This document shows positions 59,859 to 64,000 of a stretch of DNA of 64,000 nucleotides, piece by piece. The DNA comes from Anaerolineae bacterium (GTDB lineage Bacteria > Chloroflexota > Anaerolineae > UBA1429): NCBI GenBank assembly GCA_963675785.1, contig OY776562.1, positions 1,408,001-1,472,000 on the forward strand. Reading direction: 5' to 3'. Made by a program: the position numbers and the translations under genes. Numbering within the stretch: the stretch's first letter is position 1; each line of letters opens with the position of its first letter. The notes under the pieces are model-generated. The model ran no database searches. It had not been told where the DNA came from and saw only the letters and a program-made list of their open reading frames with translations.

Positions 59859-60044
59859 AATAGACACACAAGCCCCCTCGCATCATGCGGTGCGAGTCAG
59901 CCAGCATCAATGCAGTCTATCCAAATTGTTAAGGGCTTTCCAATGCGAGGGGGTGTTCTAGAGGGGTGATTTATAACAGTTTGCATAGAATTGACACGCA
60001 AACTCGAAACGATTGAGCTCCTGACCGAGGAGGAGATGTAAACA

Positions 60045-60073
60045 AAGAGGGGGAGCATAAAGCTCCCCCTCTT
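60045..60073 (-). terminator. Terminator after 60103..62118
   Basis: AAGAGGGGGAGC..GCTCCCCCTCTT + TGTTT. Confidence 0.75.
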
Positions 60074-60102
60074 GATATGTTGCTAGAGCAAATCGTCAAG
60101 GC

Positions 60103-62118
60103 TTAGCGCATGACCAAGGGAACGAACACATGAGCAGCCGGTGTCGGCGTTACCCCTACCGTCGGCGTCACTCCCACTGTTGGCGTTACTCCCACCGTCG
60201 GCGTTACGCCAACTGTAGAAGTTGCTGTGGGCGTCGGTGAGGTCGTCACAAAGCGAAGGATGTACATGCCACCGTTCTGGTTGGCTGTATAGATATAGTC
60301 ACCAACACAGCACACGCCTCGGACTGACCCACCCATGCCGAATGTCTCGACTTCGGTAATATCCGTCGGATCACTGACATCCAGAACGACCAATCCCGAT
60401 TGATCAAAGGCGACAAAGGCATAGCCGTCATCGACAACTACATCCCACGCCGCATCTTCTGTATCCGTCGTATTATAAGAATCTGCCAAAGTCGGATGAG
60501 CTGGATCACTTATATTGAGAACAACAAAACCAGCTTCGCGGTTGGCCACATAAGCATAGTTTCCAACCACATAGACGCCACAAGCTGAATCCAGAACGTA
60601 ATATCCAACCTCGGAAGGACTAGCAGGATTATTCACATTGATGATTCGCAAACCATAACTGCCATCTGTCACATAGGCATAGTCATCGGCCACGTAAACA
60701 CTACTAGCCTCTCCTTGGGTATCATAGTTCCCAACCAAGGTAGCCGTTATCGATTCGGTCGTCGTAACCGGCATGGTTATCTGAAAGATATCCAAACCGC
60801 CCTCAGCCGCCGCTACATAGGCGTAATCTCCCGCCACATATACACCAAGAGCACGCCCCGTTGTAGCCAAAAGGCCTCTATCTTGAGGATCACCCAACTC
60901 GTTGTAGGCCATAATCCTCAGTCCGTCGCCATTTTCCGCCAAGTATAGATAATCACCAGAGCTATAAACATCCCGCACTGCGTCGGACATGGGATAAAGG
61001 CCGTTTTCTTGAGGATCATCGATCGTATCAGTTTGCACACAATGCAAACCACCATATTCAGCAGCCTCGTAAGCGTGAGCGTCATCCGCAGCGCAAACGC
61101 TGAGTACATTCCCAGCGGAGATAGATTCCCACACCGAGCTCATGTTCTCCAGATCACTCATGTCCACAATCTGGAATCCGTAATTGGAATCAGCGATAAA
61201 AGCATAGTTTCCGCTGACAGCCAACTCAGTTGCATAAGGCAATCCAGAATAAGTCCCCGCATCCGTAGGTATTGACGGGTTACTGACATCGACAACCTGC
61301 AAGCCGGTTCCGGAATAATCCGCCACATAAGCATGATTGCTTGAAACAGTCACGCCACAAGCCATACCCGATGTAGAAAAATCCCCTGTGTAAGACAGGG
61401 TTGGCGTCACAATAGCCGTGATTGTCAGAATCTGCAAGCCGTTGTTGCCATCAGCGACGTAGGCAGTAGGGCCTGCAATACATATATCTATCGCTTCGCC
61501 ATCCGTATCATAGCTATTAACCTCTACAGGAGCAGTTGGCGTGCTGATATCAATGATGCGCACGCCTTGATCGCCATCGGCCACATAGGCATAGTTACCT
61601 GAGACATAGACATTCTGCGCATAACCATCTGTATCAAACGAGCCAACCTCAGATGGAGACGACGGAGTGCTCACATCGAACACTGTCAAACCGGCATCCC
61701 CATCAGCGACATAGGCATAGTCCCCCACCACATAAACGCCCTGTGCCTCTCCAGGGGTGACAGCACTGGCAATGTACTCGATCGATGAAGGATCAACCAC
61801 ATCGAGCATGAGCAACCCATTTGCGCCAAGGGTTGCAAATAATGTGTCGCCGCTGATAAAGATATCCGTCACCACATTGTCAAAGAGCCCTGTCCGATTG
61901 ACAGGTGACGCCGAAGCGGGGTCAGAGACATCAATGACTACGATGCGCGCCCCCGTGCCTACATAGGCATAATCACCAGACAAGAAGACGGTATTGACCG
62001 CACCGCCGACTTGCCCGACATATTCTCCTGCCTCGATACCGGCTTGGCTGACCATTGCACCTACACCAAGCGTAAGCACGAGTAAGACTACCAAAACGAC
62101 GCTTGTAATTCGCTTCAT
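60103..62118 (-). CDS. Secreted LVIVD-repeat protein, (TPTVGV)n linker, C-terminal VFVPLVMR
   Basis: Signal peptide; about a dozen LVIVD repeats; GAGGAGG RBS. Confidence 0.9.
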   Translation of the reverse strand: MKRITSVVLVVLLVLTLGVGAMVSQAGIEAGEYVGQVGGAVNTVFLSGDYAYVGTGARIVVIDVSDPASASPVNRTGLFDNVVTDIFISGDTLFATLGANGLLMLDVVDPSSIEYIASAVTPGEAQGVYVVGDYAYVADGDAGLTVFDVSTPSSPSEVGSFDTDGYAQNVYVSGNYAYVADGDQGVRIIDISTPTAPVEVNSYDTDGEAIDICIAGPTAYVADGNNGLQILTITAIVTPTLSYTGDFSTSGMACGVTVSSNHAYVADYSGTGLQVVDVSNPSIPTDAGTYSGLPYATELAVSGNYAFIADSNYGFQIVDMSDLENMSSVWESISAGNVLSVCAADDAHAYEAAEYGGLHCVQTDTIDDPQENGLYPMSDAVRDVYSSGDYLYLAENGDGLRIMAYNELGDPQDRGLLATTGRALGVYVAGDYAYVAAAEGGLDIFQITMPVTTTESITATLVGNYDTQGEASSVYVADDYAYVTDGSYGLRIINVNNPASPSEVGYYVLDSACGVYVVGNYAYVANREAGFVVLNISDPAHPTLADSYNTTDTEDAAWDVVVDDGYAFVAFDQSGLVVLDVSDPTDITEVETFGMGGSVRGVCCVGDYIYTANQNGGMYILRFVTTSPTPTATSTVGVTPTVGVTPTVGVTPTVGVTPTPAAHVFVPLVMR

Positions 62119-62242
62119 CGATGAAACCTCCTCAACAGGGAGAAAACGGTTCGAATCGGCGCATTATATCCAAATCAAATAATACAAGCGAGTTTTAGGC
62201 CATTTTTGATAAAAGCTGACACATTCTTTACGCAAAACAAAG

Positions 62243-62279
62243 AATACGGCAGGGGATAAGAATACCCCTCAGCCGTATT
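62243..62279 (-). terminator. Terminator after the 62307.. gene
   Basis: AATACGGC..GCCGTATT + CTTTGTTTT. Confidence 0.6.
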
Positions 62280-62306
62280 GATTTAATAGTTAAAAAACAG
62301 AATAGA

Positions 62307-64000
62307 TTAGCGCAGGATCAATGGGATGAACACCTGCGGTCCTGGTGTAGGACCCGTGTAGTTCAGAATGTAGAGACCACCATCTCCATTTGCCAGATAG
62401 ATGTACTCCCCATTCACATACACGTCATCGGCAGAGCCTGGTGTATCATAGCTGCCAACCAGTTTCGGATTAGCCAGATTATATACATCAATAACTTGCA
62501 AATCCCCATTAGAATCCGTCACATAGGCACGGTTTCCACTCACATACACGCCTTGGGCGTCTCCCAGCATATCGTAGCTGCCAGCCAGTGCAGGCAGAGT
62601 CGGGTCGCTTATATCGATAACTTGCAAACCGCTACTTCCATCCGCCACATAGGCATAGCTTCCATTCACATATATGCCTTGAGCATCTCCTGGTGTATCA
62701 TAGCTGCCAACCAGTTCCGGATTAGCCGGATCGCTTACATCAATGACCTGCAGTCCCTCCAGACCATCCGCTACATAGGCATAGCTTCCCCTTACATACA
62801 CGCCGCGGACAGAGCCTGGTGTATCGTTATTGCAAACCGATTCCGGATCAGTCGGATCGCTTACATCGATAATCCGCAATCCGCCATTATCCACTACATA
62901 GGCATAATTCCCGCTCGCGTATACACCACCGGCATGTCCTGACATCCCATAGCTGCCAATCAACGTCGGTGAGGTTGGATCGCTTATATCAACAATCTGA
63001 AGACCGCCAATATAACTGTGATCCGCCACATAGGCATAACCCTCACTCACCCATACATTATCGGCGTAACCTACAGAATCACAGCTGCCAACCAACGTCG
63101 GTGAGGTTGGATCGCTTACATCAAAGACCCGCAAACCCGCCCAACCATTTGCCACATAAGCATAGTTTCCAGTCGCATACACACCTCGCATGACACCTAA
63201 TGTATCATAGCTACCAGCCAGCGCAGGCAAAGTCGGGTCACTTATATCGACAATCCGCAAACCCGCCCCACCACTCACCACATAGGCATAGTCTCCACTC
63301 GTATATACACCATCTCCTGGTGTTATATAGCTGCCGACCAGCGCCGGATTGGCCGGATCACTTATGTCAATAACACCCAAGCGGCCATAATTCGCCAGAT
63401 AGGCATAGTTTCCACTCACATATACGTCATAGGTCCATAGATCCATGCTATAACCACCAGCCAGCGTCGGCTCGGTCGGAACGCTTACGTCGATAACTTG
63501 CAAACCCTTGTCATTATCCGCCACATAGGCATAGTTTCCGCTCACATACACACTATAGGCAATTCCTGGTGTCTCATAACTGCCAGCCAGCTCTGGCAAA
63601 GCTGGATCGCTTGTATCGATGATCAGTAAACTGAATGCTTCCGTTATGTAGGCATAACTCTCACTCACATACACGTCATAGGCATAGCTTAGCGTATCAT
63701 AGCTGCCAGCCAGCGTCGGCTCGGCCGGGTTGGTAACATCGAGAATCTGCAAGCCAGAACCCATAGCTGCCACGTATGCATAGTTCCCACTCACATACAC
63801 GTTGTTGGGATTCCCTGGTAGGTCATAGCTGCTAACGAGCGTTGGCCTAGTCGGTTCGCGCACATCAATGACCTGAAGCGCGCCACCATAATCATAGCCA
63901 TAGTTTTCCCCTACATAGACGCCCGTTACATAGGCATAGTCCCCACTCACATACACGCCTGTTACAAAAACGGGCATCACCGCAGATTGCCCCACTATCA
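62307..64000 (-). CDS. LVIVD-repeat protein (5'-partial), C-terminal VFIPLILR
   Basis: Highly regular 43-aa repeats GSYDTPG.A.GVYVSGNYAYVA....GLQVIDVSDP; no signal peptide inside the window. Confidence 0.85.
   Translation of the reverse strand, partial: IVGQSAVMPVFVTGVYVSGDYAYVTGVYVGENYGYDYGGALQVIDVREPTRPTLVSSYDLPGNPNNVYVSGNYAYVAAMGSGLQILDVTNPAEPTLAGSYDTLSYAYDVYVSESYAYITEAFSLLIIDTSDPALPELAGSYETPGIAYSVYVSGNYAYVADNDKGLQVIDVSVPTEPTLAGGYSMDLWTYDVYVSGNYAYLANYGRLGVIDISDPANPALVGSYITPGDGVYTSGDYAYVVSGGAGLRIVDISDPTLPALAGSYDTLGVMRGVYATGNYAYVANGWAGLRVFDVSDPTSPTLVGSCDSVGYADNVWVSEGYAYVADHSYIGGLQIVDISDPTSPTLIGSYGMSGHAGGVYASGNYAYVVDNGGLRIIDVSDPTDPESVCNNDTPGSVRGVYVRGSYAYVADGLEGLQVIDVSDPANPELVGSYDTPGDAQGIYVNGSYAYVADGSSGLQVIDISDPTLPALAGSYDMLGDAQGVYVSGNRAYVTDSNGDLQVIDVYNLANPKLVGSYDTPGSADDVYVNGEYIYLANGDGGLYILNYTGPTPGPQVFIPLILR

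Noticed and set aside
59995-60030. c-di-GMP-I riboswitch (GCAAAC..GAAA)
   Set aside because: Wrong strand for the downstream gene, and the second stem consensus is missing.
56604-64000. Diversity-generating retroelement target/template repeats
   Set aside because: No reverse transcriptase, and repeat differences are not adenine-specific by eye.

Overview
Accessory-rich 64 kb bacterial window. The gene style suggests Chloroflexota (Anaerolineae-like), based on Tat lipoprotein ABC binders, LVIVD-repeat proteins and short 'xxLPxxxR' tails; this taxonomy is inferred. Contents: secreted fibre, Ig-like and LVIVD surface proteins; carbohydrate-active enzymes (GH63/MGH1-like, GH99-like, GH26, two heparinase II/III paralogs); a VTC-DUF4956-CotH trio; and an AraC-linked operon of an ACP-like protein, SufS, SufE, a Cys-rich sugar-isomerase-like protein and an ABC binder. 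It also holds a feoAAB(split)C locus with a DtxR-type regulator and operator, Fic, an EEP nuclease two-gene pair, and a DNA MTase-REase plus DUF4145 cassette between about 310-bp direct repeats. Two stand-alone Y1 (IS200-like/RAYT) transposases sit among about 30 palindromic REP-like elements of three types. No rRNA, tRNA or CRISPR array was recognised. The best candidates for undescribed biology are the carrier/SufS/SufE/isomerase operon, the position-independent LP docking peptide, the tandem fibre + 'GGFW' modules with a covarying leader hairpin, the RAYT/REP system with REP-bounded cassettes, and the EEP pair. All family calls come from motifs read by eye; no database searches were run.
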